Program-made: the position numbers and the translations under genes
Source of the DNA: Phoronis australis
Taxonomy: Eukaryota; Animalia; Phoronida
Assembly (NCBI GenBank): GCA_002633005.1
Contig: NMRA01000718.1
Coordinates: forward strand, 41,289 to 105,288
Reading direction: 5' to 3'
Length of the DNA: 64,000 nucleotides
Part shown: piece by piece, positions 1 through 13,364 of the stretch
Numbering within the stretch: the stretch's first letter is position 1
How the letters are laid out: each line of letters opens with the position of its first letter
The notes under the pieces: generated by a model
The model's input: only the letters and a program-made list of their open reading frames with translations
The model's database searches: none
What the model was told of the DNA's origin: nothing

Positions 1-746
1 ATTACTTCATTTTTTCCTCCAACATATTTGACTGTTGAAACCCTTAATCGTTGTTTAATTGGTACTTTTACCTCTGTAGGTACCTTTAGCTCAATCAATA
101 TCATCTGATTAACTATTTTACGTTTTCAAACAAATATGTACTCTACGATATTTACTTACAACAAAACTCGTTTCTTAAAATTAAACCTAGAAGTTGTACT
201 ATCAAACTATCTTGTCAGTTATATAGTCCGATTACCTCTCGTCGTCAGTCTCCAAAGGTCGTCCGCCATCTTGTTTCGCGTGCAGCGCTGCCACGCGGGA
301 CTTAGCGTTCCAATTTGGAACGCTCGTCTGCACGTTAGGTACTAACCTCTCGGGAGAAACACGCGTGGAAGAACTGAGACTAAAATTAATGCATTTACCG
401 ACTGTTTTTTTGAGACCACTTAAAAACTTGTTGATTTTACTAATGNNNNNNNNNNNNNNNNNNNNNNNNNNNNNNNNNNNNNNNNNNNNNNNNNNNNNNN
501 NNNNNNNNNNNNNNNNNNNNNNNNNNNNNNNNNNNNNNNNNNNNNNNNNNNNNNNNNNNNNNNNNNNNNNNNNNNNNNNNNNNNNNNNNNNNNNNNNNNN
601 NNNNNNNNNNNNNNNNNNNNNNNNNNNNNNNNNNNNNNNNNNNNNNNNNNNNNNNNNNNNNNNNNNNNNNNNNNNNNNNNNNNNNNNNNNNNNNNNNNNN
701 NNNNNNNNNNNNNNNNNNNNNNNNNNNNNNNNNNNNNNNNNNNNNN

Positions 747-1111
747 ATCAAAGATGATCTTAATAACGAACTTTAACTATTCTTGGTTACAGTGTAGCCT
801 ATTACATCAACTTGCATCGTTATCAAAGATGATCTTAATAACGAACTTTAACTATTCTTGGTTACAGTGTAGCCTATTACATCAACTTGCATCGTTATCA
901 AAGATGATCTTAATAACGAACTTTAACTATTCTTGGTTACAGTGTAGCCTATTACATCAACTTGCATCGTTATCAAAGATGATCTTAATAACGAACTTTA
1001 ACTATTCTTGGTTACAGTGTAGCCTATTACATCAACTTGCATCGTTATCAAAGATGATCTTAATAACGAACTTTAACTATTCTTGGTTACAGTGTAGCCT
1101 ATTACATCAAC
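747..1111. repeat. Tandem repeat, 75-bp unit, ~4.9 visible identical copies, abutting an N-gap
   Basis: Unit ATCAAAGATGATCTTAATAACGAACTTTAACTATTCTTGGTTACAGTGTAGCCTATTACATCAACTTGCATCGTT recurs every 75 nt; explains the repetitive ORF 754-1131. Confidence 0.97.
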
Positions 1112-3420
1112 ATTGCATGGTCTTAGCTTAACTTGTCCTGAGTTATGCAACTGCTGGACTGAAATTTATTTCGGTCACAGAAAAAGTTCTGTTACCGACC
1201 ACCTTCTCAGTCACCAACTGAAGGAAAACACTACTTCAAAACTCTAGCCTATCAGTTAGCGGAGTTTAACGGCAATAACCATAACATAATCATAAATGGT
1301 GATTTTAATGCCCGAAACTCCACACGGTTTAATGATGATCATGTCAATATGGCCGGACTACAATTGTTTGATATCTTACTTTCTAATGACTGCATACAGC
1401 TAATAAATGAGCCAAGGCGCCTACCGACATTTCTCAATCATCTATTGATCTCGTCATAAGAAACAATTTGAATATCATTGAATCATTTTCTGTACTACCT
1501 CCTGTTGGCAATTCTGATCACCACACAGTTGAAACCATTCTAACACTTAACAAATCGGTTAAAGAGCGAGACACCACACGAACCATATGGAAATGTGATC
1601 AAGTCGACATGGATAAACTACGTCAGGAATTCATCTCCACTGATTGGGATTCCATACTGTACACCGGCTACGTTGATGACACTGTCTCACTCTTCACAAG
1701 TACTCTCCATGGCATTTTAAAAAACGACATAGCATCAAATAAAACAGCCAACTATGATACAAAAATAATATTAAACGGCCAAACCCCACTAGAAACAACT
1801 AGTTGAGAAGACCAAACAACACTAAAACAGATATAAGGATCGGTCACTCCTGGTAGAGACTTAAGTAAGTCAAGCCAAAGCTGATCACCGTCAAAAGCTT
1901 TTTTTCACAAATTAACAGTGTAAGCCGGTACTCCAAAGAATACTGGAACTCTATCAAAAATCCGCGGCAGTCAACAACAACCCTCTTAAAGAGTTATCAA
2001 CCACAATGGTAACGTATCATCAAGTAACAATGAAAAATGCGACATATTCCTCAAGATTTTCACGAGAAAAAGCCACATCACACCAACTGATGTGGGTAAC
2101 TTTCCCGGCTTTCCACGAACGATGTCTCGATCAACTGTCTGATATCCTGAATAATCAGACATCCGCAAGGAACTCCATGAAATTGACACCAATCACAATG
2201 ACACAACTTTAACATCACGAGGGTGAGCAAAATCACTGCCAACGAAATTACAATGTCTTTAACTAACCTATTTAACTGACCTATTTAATTGACCTATTTA
2301 ACTGACCTATTTAACTGGCCTATTTAACTGACCTATTTAATAAGATTCTTCAGGTAGGTGTGTGTTCTTCTTGAAAAAACGGAGTAATAGCCCCTATACT
2401 CAAAACGACTCCAAAACTGCAGTTTCTAATTATAGCCCAATAACTTGACTTAACATCCTACCCAAAATCTTCAAGATCATTGCTTAAAATGTTGTTACAT
2501 TTCTCAAATAAAACAACTTGATTTATTATCGTCAATTTGGATTTTTGCCAGGAAACAGCACCGTGGCATAACTTGTTGAAATAGTACATGAGATTCATTT
2601 ACACTTCGAGAAGTGCGAGAGTGTCAGGTCCATCTTTCTAGATATAGCCTCTGTTTTCAACGCATCCCTCATGACCTTCTGTTCCACAGACTCCAACCCT
2701 ATGGCATTACTGGGAATCTTCTAAACACGATCACCTTATATCTCTCGGATCGTACATACAGTGTTCGTGTCGACGGTGTCCTTTCAACATCATCTCCTCT
2801 TGGCTTTGTAACCGCAGTTGTGCCGCAGGGTAGCGCATATGGCCCTCTTCTCTTCTTATTTTATGTTAATGACCTTCGTGGTAACCTCTCATGTAGCGCA
2901 TATCGTTATGCAGATGACATGGCGCTTCTTTATCCCTTTTCAGGAAGAAACTGTGAGAATAGAAAATGAAATTTAAACCAGAAAAAAGCGTTGACCTCAC
3001 TCGTACAAAAATCAATTTTAAACATATTTTTCATATTTTTGACAATCAATAGCTCTGACAATTCTCATTGCCCCACTAAAACGAAGTAGCATTGTACTGA
3101 TCGAGATGCAGTCTTTTCCTCAACACCGACAAGTTTAGGCACAACTTTAGTAACGTCTCTTCAAACTGTAGTTAGTGACCATTTATCACCGTATTTCTTC
3201 AAATGTCCCCTCATCAAATGCCAAAAGAACTCACTCTTTCGTGCACTCAATGAAAACCAGTTAATTGAAAACGCTTTCAATTCTTGTAATAATATGCTTC
3301 ATTATTTCCCTTGAATGTTCTGTGTGTTCTTGAACAAATATATTTCACCTTAAAAAATTCCGCCAAGTTATTTGCCCAATAAGCGGAAGGTGTCGCCTCT
3401 CTGGGACCTCCATATAAAAT
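1112..3420 (+). mobile_element. Degenerate CR1/L2-group non-LTR retrotransposon ORF2 (AP endonuclease + reverse transcriptase)
   Basis: Fragmented motifs in the expected order: IINGDFNARN (~1290), SIDLVI..PPVGNSDHH (~1440-1520), QFGFLPGNST (~2530), IFLDIA (~2630), VPQGSAYGPLLFLFYVNDL and YADDMALL (ORF 2613-2969); many stops and frameshifts. Ends approximate. Confidence 0.88.
2268..2340. repeat. 13-bp minisatellite (CTATTTAACTGAC) x ~5.6 inside the LINE
   Basis: Direct reading of the sequence. Confidence 0.93.
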
Positions 3421-5076
3421 ATCGGGAGAGACTTGTGAATTGTACTTCGTGAAAACTTACGCAACCTTCATCTAATTTTGACAAATGCAGTCTAGATTGC
3501 ATTTACATGTATATCGTTTCGATTAAATGTGATATCACATCTATGTCCAATTTCAGAGACGAATATCATTTACTGAGGCATGTGATTTCTGTTGACTAAC
3601 GATTCGACCCCATAGTATCGAATTTTACGATTCCGAAAGGAATGCTTTTGTAGAAGAAACTCTCAAAATGCTGTGTCTGGCAATTGCGTCATATCTGGTT
3701 TGTAATAGTCGTAAAGGTAAATTATCGTTTTGGCGGTCGAAAAAATCAATTCAGGGATTATCGTTGAATGGAGTAGACAATACTTTTGTGATTTCATTAC
3801 AAATCGAAAAAAAGTTGGAATTTGAATATCGTGTACAGCTTGACAAGATTCAGATGTGCTCAATTCAGTTTAAGACCAACAACAGGTAAAACCGCAAGGG
3901 GTGCTAAACTTTCATAAAGGATATACATTTGTTGCGACTTAAAATGCTGTTGAAAATGAAACTCCATTTTTACTTGTATATCCTGTATATTTAAAGATCT
4001 TTCCCAGCGATACTTCACATCTATCAGAAATACACTAGATGGCACTTTTGTAAATATAATGAAAACAAACGTATAATTGAATTGAGAAACTGGTGTAAGT
4101 TAATTTGCTATAGAAGACGGGGATCTGTTGACGACGTACAACTTTTGCTCATGTGTACGTTATTGTTCGTATGTTATTGCTTGTAATGTGGACCAGTGGC
4201 CAAATTACATAAAGTGATTGGTGTCCTTGTTTGTCATTTATCTTTCTGACATCAATAAAGGTTCACTGTTGCCATGTGACCAGCTTGGAATGCTGACGTA
4301 AAATATTTGAAAAGTTGGGTGACACGCGATAAGTCGTTCTTCAGTAGTTCGACTCGCGGGTTTTCGGCCTTATCTTTCAAAGTAGGTCAAATACGCAAAG
4401 CATTTTTCTACCTCTGTACGGAGGATAAGTGAATTCGGGATGTGGCAACTAGACTCTTTTTACGACACTAACGCTAAAATATAATCAAATTGCTGAAAAT
4501 TCCGGTCGCGTTCCAACCCAAAGCACTCGGGAGAAAAGGTAGTGCAAACAGGTGGTTCGATATCTTGCAAGATTTGCATAATCTCGCCCTTTCCGCTAGA
4601 GTGAACTCGTTGTACGAAATGCATTCCGGCTCACTTGACTTAGTGAATAAAGTCATCGGGTGTTTCTCATCACCACCCCGACAAAATGCATCTCCTACCG
4701 CACGATTTCGCTCTGTCGGCCATGTTGTATTTTTTACTTCTTTTCGGTATCAAAAGAACTAGATCCTGAGCGAACTGTCACAGGGTGTTCCAATCGAAAC
4801 AGAGACCCCGGTGAAGCCAGATATCCCAGAGTCGAAATCAGACTCCCACCCCTTCAAAAGCAGCTAAACCAACCCAAGAAACACAGACCCGGCCTTTAAA
4901 AAGGGAACCCCGGATTCGGACAGGACACCTGGGGGACCGAAACACCACTCCAGCACTTTTTGTCAAACATTGTTTGATGAAAAATAAATCTTACTACTTT
5001 AAATAGTTGTTGTGATATGTTGTTTTACTATAATGGGAATTTCAGACAACTTATGACGGATTGGCGTTTTAAGTTA

Positions 5077-5230
5077 CATGGGCAGCGCAGCACTGAAAGC
5101 AGTGGGGGGGGGGGGGGNNNNNNNAGCCCCCTCAGCCCCCCTGTGGTGCACCGCCTATAAACCATGTGCGGCGTAGCACTGAAAGATGTCGGGGTATAGC
5201 CCCCCAGCCCCCTTTGGTGCGCCGCCCAGG
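5077..5230 (+). mobile_element. Tandem pair of short GC-rich MITEs (CATGGGCGGCGCA-type ends)
   Basis: Two ~70-80-bp units, CATG(G/T)GC..GCACTGAAAG..AGCCCCC..GGTGC(A/G)CCGCC; a related doublet lies inverted at 41965-42131. Confidence 0.65.
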
Positions 5231-5383
5231 CGTTATTTTGCTGCTAAAGTTGTGCTGCGATCTTTTGCGTCGGCTTTCGGCGCCATGAAATATTGCGTCA
5301 CCTATTGGCTAGTTTCTTTTTCTTCAATTCTTCAATTGACTGTTCTTCTCCCACGAGGTTGCATACATGTTACAACAAATTTA
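5231..5383 (+). repeat. Dispersed repeat fragment, inverted copy at 32891-33042
   Basis: GCTGCTAAAGTTGTG...TTTCGGCGCCATGAAATATTGCGTCACCTATTGGC...CACGAGGTTGC is shared; the ORF track gives near-identical peptides (AFGAMKYCVTYW) at both loci. Confidence 0.85.
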
Positions 5384-5863
5384 TCAACAATGGCACTCGA
5401 AAGTCGAAATAATATTTTTGTTTTTCATTTTTGAAAATATTTTTGGTGAAACTATTAAATGATCTGAAATTAACTAAATATTGAGTGAGATAAGAACGTG
5501 TTGAGAGTATACATTATGTTGAAATTCGCAGAGAAGTTGCACGAGTTTTACCGATAAAAATCAAATAAAATTCAATACAAGTTATGTTTATTATTGACAA
5601 TTTTTAACTAGCAAATGCAGAAAAGAACTAGAAAGTACTTGAAGATGCTTTAACTCAAAGTTTGAGGCTACTGACAACGGTCTCAGAAAATTTAAAAAAT
5701 TGTCCAGGTTTCCTGTCCGACCCCGGGGTTTCTGTTTGAAAGGTCTGGTTTTGGGCTGGTTAGCTGTTTTGAAGGTAAGGGAGTCTGTTTTCGACTCCGA
5801 GATATATGGGCTTCCGGTTTCGATGGAACACACTGTGTAACGTGGCACTCAACCACAGTTAGC

Positions 5864-6578
5864 CACAGGCGTCCTCAGCTTCTGATCGTCCCCAATACAC
5901 TACATATAATACTACAAGGTATGACACTTCCGACCAGAAATTCCACGGGTGCTTCACTTCAGCCGTCCATAGCAAACATAAAACTCAATAAATTTACACA
6001 AAACAGAGATTCAACAAACCATGAAGAATTGTTCTTTCTCCCAATACCATTCACGGTGTCCTGTTCCGGCGATTTCGTAAGAAATTCGCAGTCAAAGAAC
6101 AAAAATGTTCACAAAAAAACCCCGCACACGTCCATCGGTTGCCGCTCGCGGTCAAGGACGGTACGGAAATTGCCGGTGAGTTACGGAAGTACCGACATAG
6201 GTCGCGTAAAGCAAAGACGCTACGGTCTCCGCGTAAAGTCACGATGTCGGTACTTCCGTAACTCACCGGCAATTTCAGTACCGTCCTTGACCGCGAGCGG
6301 CAACCGATGGACGTGTGCGGGTTTTTTTTGTGAACATTTTTGTTCTTTGACTGCGAATTTCTTACGAAGTCGTCGGAACAGGACACCGTGAATGGTATTG
6401 GGAGAAAGAACAATTCTTCATGGTTTGTTGAATCTCTGTTTTGTGTAAATTTATTGAGTTTTATGTTTGCTATGGACGGCTGAAGTGAACCACCCGTGGA
6501 ATTTGTGGTCGGAAGTGTCATACCTTGTAGTATTATATGTAGTGTATTGGGGACGATCAGAAGCTGAGGACGCCTGTG
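5864..6578. mobile_element. Foldback (palindromic) non-autonomous DNA transposon, P-element-like termini, 8-bp TSD
   Basis: Arms 5864-6198 and 6244-6578 (335 bp each) are near-perfect reverse complements around a 45-bp spacer; ends CACAGGCG...CGCCTGTG; flanked by the direct repeat CAGTTAGC (5856-5863, 6579-6586). Confidence 0.95.
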
Positions 6579-8759
6579 CAGTTAGCTAGCCCCATCTTTC
6601 ATTATCTTCCCAACGATAGCCGTAGTCAACCCGTCTCGGTCATATCTTAAATAGACAATGCTGTAACAATGCTGGTCAATTATTCCACATGGGACCATCT
6701 ATGTTTTTGGTAACCCAGCGTAAATGATAATTTTATGTTATTATATCGTTGTATGTAAGCAATTATTGGTGGAACTTGCCAGCCAATAAAAACCGCTTGT
6801 AAAATCTTCAAACTGATATACATGTTATTGGCGGCTTTAGTGCGACAACTGTCCTACCAGCCTGTTACTTCGTAAGCAGGTACTATGGCAGTATCTTACT
6901 GAGATCTCGTCAGATTGTCTCCGCATGTAATGAGACGCATTATCTTGTAATATCGGCCATCAAAAGCGATATACCACTTTCGCGTTGTCCCTTTGCCGAA
7001 CTGTTTTGGTAGTTCTAGTTAAGCCGACTCGTGGACGACACGTTCGCGACACCTGCTGACTGTTTTTCCGGTAAACTCATTCATTTTGGGAGGTCACGCG
7101 GTACACTCACAGCCGCCCCATGCTGATGCTTTCCGCTCTCAGTTTTTTGAGGTGTTTACAAGAGGAGCTTTATTTATTACGATGGTAAGAACACGGTGAA
7201 GAATCAGACACATGGCAAAACTACAAAACGTGAAGAATTTTTAACGAAGTTCACAGAACCACTATTTTGCTGAGGCGGTTATTTTTTATCAGGCAATCCG
7301 AAGTGCGTTTAAACCCCCAGAGATCATTCCCACGTTTCGAGTACCCATCAAGATGGATTAAGCTCTGCAAAGTGCGGACAATTTCTGTTTCAAGCACGGG
7401 AACAATTGAAAGTCCATAACATGAGAACGTTTTCGAAAAAACCTCGCTTTTTAGGGGACGGAATTTTGGAAACAGGTGATTCCCGTTGAATTGCTTCTAG
7501 GCATGTGCAGTTTGTCGACGTATTATTATAAAATTATGGACCTATTCCAAGGTCAGTTTCAAGTTTTATGTGGACCAACGTTGTTTTCCTGAGGTCCGTA
7601 TACTATGTAAGATGTCGGCTTCACAAATTTTGATGCTTATTTACTCTGATTTCTGCATGTGTCAGATTGGTACACGTTTTCCTATTTTATTGTACTACAT
7701 TTTCCGCTTGTTAACTTTGTTCACCCAATCAGAAGTTTTCTGCTGCGTCAAATCACGAATGACGACATCTATTTCCGGTTGCATGAAACAGCGCGAAGTA
7801 AAAAGATTTTACTCAATTTTGCCTTTCACCGCATTTGTGGACTTGTGCAGACATTGACTGTGCTTTCTAATGCCACTTTGTCTTTATTAATGACTCAATT
7901 TTTAACTTGATAATGTAATTAGGAAACTTTCCATGCAATGTGCCGAATTGCAAGGGACATAATCAGCAAGATAAGTTATTTTCTGAGATTAGCCTCAGCG
8001 CAACTACCGCGGTCGCAGTCTGCTGGCTAAGCTAAAAACCACTTGATAAGTGCTTAGGCATAAAAGTCCGCTATCTTTATGTCTTCATATGTCTGGTAAC
8101 AAGCATTGACGATTTCAGTTGATCGTAAAGTCGACAATGTCTCTTTTAAGTGGAACTTCCACACCAATTTCTTATCTATGTGATTGCTTGTTCAAATTAG
8201 CTAGAAATACAACATATAGCGACGATGTGAATACGAAGTAGGTTGAAAATTTGCAAAATGTTTTTAAGAACGAGTTTTGTGTCGAAAATGATCCGCCATA
8301 AATCACTCAACCGTGTCCCGAGTAAGCATCGTGACGTGGTGTTGGGTAATAACCCCCTTCTGATGCGGTGAGCACCCAAGGTACGTCATCAGTGCAAAGG
8401 TCACCTATTTGCAGATTCACATTTACAAGTTATCAATGAATACAACTGCACTTTGTTTAGCGTAGACGATGTTCAATAGCATTGTCGTTTTAGCACCTGG
8501 TATACATCAGCATAGCTAGGAGCATGCAAATCTTTAACGACGTTCTAAGTCCCTATTTTATTTTAATTGAAGGCATGTTATTGGAAAACAACCTGCACTG
8601 AAGATAAAGTGAAATAAACAAAAATATCTATGCATGTAAGTAAACAAAGACACATAAATGCGCAGAAGACTTGAGAAAAATAGTTGTGTCCTTATATGGG
8701 ACTGTTTCGTGCAAATTGGCACTGGCATCAGAGCTACATGGGTGGAAAGTGATATTAAT

Positions 8760-9277
8760 AGGCTGGTCCCGGAGTGCGCAACCATAGAACTCTCCTTTGA
8801 CCCGTTGGTTTCATAGGTCTCAATTTGGAATGTCAGGCACATTTTCACAGGTTATGTCGAGAAGCATGAATGTGGAAATGTTTCCGATTTCAACCGTTTT
8901 AAAGTACCGGAAGTGAAAGATATCTCGAAGAGAGGCCATTCTGTTGGGTTAAAATTAAGCCAACGAATTTGCTTTTCCAATGGCTCCCCATTTTGTCTTT
9001 GGTGCCAAGAAGGTGAAGAACTTAACATCACACATCCACGTATAATTTGTCAAGTTCGTCCATTTTGTATCCCCTTAGTGTTGCAGACCAAAACACAGCA
9101 GTAGTACTTTGTTGGCATTTAAAGGACAAATAGAGTAACGCAGGGGAAAATCCATTCACGTGTTTGTATTTTGTTGGTGATTCAGATACATGGTTTGATT
9201 TTTATTAAAGGATTTATCTACGTAGGTGAAAACATTGCGTACAAGCCAATGTCATCTAACAGTATCGTTGAGGCCTT
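8760..9277 (-). mobile_element. Degenerate ISL2EU/PHIS-like non-autonomous element with THAP remnant
   Basis: Left end AAT-AGGCTGGTCCCGGA..CATAGAAC resembles 40287 AAT-AGGTCCGTCCCGGA..AATAGAAC. Minus strand from ATG 9118 reads MPTKYYCC../..NYTWMCDVKFFTF../..EKQIRWLNFNPTEW, similar to the THAP at 40666. Right end decayed and approximate. Confidence 0.6.
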
Positions 9278-11365
9278 CTGATAACAGATCCACCTAATGC
9301 TCTCATGCTGCAAATGTAAGTGGCCGACAAAACGTCACTGACCTCGCACTTGTCTGTACTACCATTTTCAGGATTAAAATTAACAACGTTTGAAAAATAC
9401 GACAATTAACAGTTAGAACATTTCCTATCAACTAAACTCATACATATAACTGGAAACGAATAAATGTATTGTAAATCACAATTTTGGAATTTTTGTAATA
9501 GTTTTCCCAACGTTGTAGGAGCTGTGATCTACAATTTTGTGCGATATTTGAGCGACATTTTGTGCAACAGCTCAAATTATTTTTATCCCCCTTTTTAGTT
9601 GCTTTATCATCTATCGTCATTAAAAAATTCCTGACGAAAGTGTCATCTCGCACCGTCTAATACAGAGTAATTCATTTTCCCATGTGAGGAAATTTCCAGA
9701 AAAAATCACAAAATTTACGATTATTAAAATATGCGTGAAGGTGGTTACCACAGAGTAATCTCCATCTCACTTATGATAAATGCGCGCATGCGCTCACAGT
9801 CAGTTGCTTGAAGTCGCTTGATGTCAAAGGTCGCGTTTTCCATATAACGGAAATGTGCTACGTCTATGTCTTGCCATCATACCAAATAAGAAGACGTGCT
9901 TTGCCTTGTGGGCGAAAAATCGACGAAGTGGCGAGCAGTTGACCGATCGTTTTTTGAAATTTGAAACTAAAAGAAATATTAACATAAATCAAAAATCTTT
10001 AGGAGCAAACCCTAAAAATACCTGTTGAGCAGGTTGAATTCTGCTCTGAGGAGGTTAGTTTTACATCCTTTACAAACATTTCAAGATCTGTTGGAGAAGA
10101 TGTCTTGTAAACTTAATTTGTAAACAATTTTGAGCTAACTGTCACGTCTCAGTCCAGATCTGGGGTCTTTATCATGAAAATTGACTGAAGACTTTTAAGT
10201 CTTAAAAGACAGAAATTTGGTCTTGGGATCCACATAAACATTTCTGAACAATCATTAAATCTCACTTGAGTAAAAGTGCAAAGTTTCTCAGAATATGCAC
10301 ATAACTGTTAGTTTCTGAGATAATGTCTATGAATTATTTCTCGACTGGGATGCGCTCACAGTTGTGGAGCGGGAGCGTGAGACCAAACTTATGTCTCAAG
10401 TTTCAAGTAGAAATGTCCCACTATCACGTATTTTTCCACCTCATGTGTTGTTCGATGCTATACCCTTCCGTACATTATACAGAGCACCTCAATGCCAGAA
10501 CCATGAAGGCAATGGCTATTCCCCTACAAAAATAGAAATCTCCGTAAAGACGGATCAATGATATGTAAGAATATATAATTTAAAAAAGAGTGGCAACTCT
10601 TTTGCAGTGTGTGAGAAATTTAAGTACCACTCGCTTAACTCGATTTCTAATTGGGGTGAGCCAGACGGGCCTGGTTGACATTAAAGGACATTTTGGTACG
10701 CTAGATAGTTTTTGTCCCAATCGTTTGATTATTCCAAGGTACAGCAGTGAAAATTTGTTTCACGTTATAATAATCGTAAAGAATTTATTAAAAAACCATA
10801 AGTTTTGGTATTATTGTTGTATGGGACGCCTTGGAGTATAAGCTTTAACCAGAGCTATAAAACAAGAAAATCTACTGTGTTCCGTGATTTAATCGTCAGC
10901 TCTCGCCGCTGGTTGTCAGTCATTCGCTGAAATCGAGGCTGGTGACTTCATTAGTGAAATACCCTTAAAATATCCGTCTACTTGCAGTGCGAGGTTTAGC
11001 TCCGTTAGCAAAGCGAGCTGAGGTGGTGGGTTGGAATCTGTCTTGGGGCTGATTTAAAAAATCAATTTCCTTGCCTATCGTCTCAGTTTAATGTGGAGAG
11101 GTATGGGGTCTATTGTAAGCACACGATATACATGTACCTGCGTTATCAAAATCAATGTCATGGTGGTGATAAGGGTATGTAGAAAAACACCCCTGTTGCC
11201 ATGGTTTTGTGTCTGTGGATACGTTGGAAGGGTCTGCACGCAGTCGCACCATTTAATTGCAACCTGAGCAGTCAATTTTGTACACGACATCTCTACTAGG
11301 GAGTTTTTCAATTAAGGATAAAAAAGGATAAAAATCGGCTAAACTTCAATGGGTTCTTGCGTTAA

Positions 11366-12760
11366 AGGCGAAGGCAACCTTTTTCCATGTCATTTTGAGC
11401 TAAAATAAGGTTGGTTGGTTATCCTAGACATATTTTTCACTTAATTACAGCTTTTCGTAATTTTATTAATTATTCGTCCGCTTTTCCGGAAGTGACGTTT
11501 TAGGAGGCAAGCGCTTCCCGCCAATTTCTTTTCACATAGTCTGACTGTGAGAGCTGCCGAGTCAGTCATTGTTCTACCTCGGTTGTGTTAAGTTCCGTCG
11601 TCGTTCGCTTTCATTTACTAGTCAGTCAACATGCCACACTGTTGCTGCGTACCGGGATGTAGTAATTATCGGCTCACGCGCGCTTTNNNNNNNNNNNNNN
11701 NNNNNNNNNNNNNNNNNNNNNNNNNNNNNNNNNNNNNNNNNNNNNNNNNNNNNNNNNNNNNNNNNNNNNNNNNNNNNNNNNNNNNNNNNNNNNNNNNNNN
11801 NNNNNNNNNNNNNNNNNNNNNNNNNNNNNNNNNNNNNNNNNNNNNNNNNNNNNNNNNNNNNNNNNNNNNNNNNNNNNNNNNNNNNNNNNNNNNNNNNNNN
11901 NNNNNNNNNNNNNNNNNNNNNNNNNNNNNNNNNNNNNNNNNNNNNNNNNNNNNNNNNNNNNNNNNNNNNNNNNNNNNNNNNNNNNNNNNNNNNNNNNNNN
12001 NNNNNNNNNNNNNNNNNNNNNNNNNNNNNNNNNNNNNNNNNNNNNNNNNNNNNNNNNNNNNNNNNNNNNNNNNNNNNNNNNNNNNNNNNNNNNNNNNNNN
12101 NNNNNNNNNNNNNNNNNNNNNNNNNNNNNNNNNNNNNNNNNNNNNNNNNNNNNNNNNNNNNNNNNNNNNNNNNNNNNNNNNNNNNNNNNNNNNNNNNNNN
12201 NNNNNNNNNNNNNNNNNNNNNNNNNNNNNNNNNNNNNNNNNNNNNNNNNNNNNNNNNNNNNNNNNNNNNNNNNNNNNNNNNNNNNNNNNNNNNNNNNNNN
12301 NNNNNNNNNNNNNNNNNNNNNNNNNNNNNNNNNNNNNNNNNNNNNNNNNNNNNNNNNNNNNNNNNNNNNNNNNNNNNNNNNNNNNNNNNNNNNNNNNNNN
12401 NNNNNNNGGTCACCGACTCCAGCCATTTTCAGCTTACAACACACTAAACAATCCCTAAATCCAACGCAGTTGAGTTCTCTACTAACCTATCTTGCCGCAG
12501 AATACTCGCCGATGGAAAGTGGTGGCGACAATTGGTGAAAAATAGCACAAAACAAAAGTAGAATAGAACAGATTCGCACAGTAAGCTCAACGCAAAACCA
12601 AGTGGCGGGAAGCGCTTGCCTCCTAAAACGTCACTTCCGGAAAAGCGGACGAGTAATTAATAAAATTACGAAAAGCTGTAATTAAGTGAAAAATATGTCT
12701 AGGATAACCAACCAACCTTATTTTACCTCAAAATGACATGGAAAAAGGTTGCCTTCGCCT
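11366..12760 (+). mobile_element. Kolobok-type non-autonomous DNA transposon (copy 1), THAP start at 11631, interior in an N-gap
   Basis: TTAA|AGGCGAAGGCAACC...GGTTGCCTTCGCCT|TTAA with ~157-bp near-perfect TIRs; ORF MPHCCCVPGCSNYRLTRA runs into the gap; homologous to 42661-44187. Confidence 0.9.
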
Positions 12761-13364
12761 TTAAGATAGACCTGCTGCTAACCACGTTTACGCTGTTGTC
12801 TGAATCAAATTGTTTCTAGAAGGAGAAGTTTTACAACTTTCGTTTCAAGCTAGATGTGCTTGGACTTAGATCGTTTAGCGATTATCATTCAGCGACACTG
12901 ACTGAATTAAATGAATGTTACAATCTTTTTAATCAACATTTTTCAGCTTAAACTGCTTCCCCATCGTCCGAATTCAATTATTACTACTAAATGAGTGTGT
13001 AAAACACAAAGAATATGGTAATAGACTTTATGGAAGCAGCGAGGTACAATACGGGTGACCTGTGTAAATGCAGAAATCATGTCATGTTGAAAACGAATTG
13101 CTCTCTGCATAGAAGTAAACTGGTGCTCCTTGTTCAATTTGCTTTGGTTCGTGAAAAGATCCCACGTTGACACTATCATCGGTCGAATTTGGACCACTCC
13201 GCGACCGGTTTGCGTATAGACCGGCAGTCAAGAGCGCTAAGCATAGACGAACGAAGTATCAACGTTTTTCCACAGGAGCACTTAGAGTGCAAGTCAGTTT
13301 ATACAGAAATGGACGTCTGCGGTTGTCTGCACTCTGGGGACCTTGCGAGAGGGCCAAAAATGAG

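Larger units (their letters stand above)
4781..5835. mobile_element. Non-autonomous DNA transposon (MITE) with ~140-150-bp imperfect terminal inverted repeats
   Basis: 4781 CAGGGTGTTCCAATCGAAAC...GAGTCGAAATCAGACTCCC...CGGACAGGACACCTGG matches the reverse complement of ~5703-5835 (CAGTGTGTTCCATCGAAAC...GAGTCGAAAACAGACTCCC...CGGACAGGAAACCTGG). No clear TSD; superfamily unresolved. Confidence 0.75.

Noticed and set aside
4440-4600. Further THAP-like traces (GCGN..RWFDIL; also AVFGCSNS at ~37510)
   Set aside because: Too few conserved residues; not counted among the eight.
5921-6521. Paired 156-aa ORFs on opposite strands
   Set aside because: By-product of the foldback palindrome; no domain recognisable.
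10990-11050. tRNA-like A/B boxes (TAGCTCCGTTAG..GGGTTGGAATC)
   Set aside because: No cloverleaf; at most a decayed SINE head, too weak to call.
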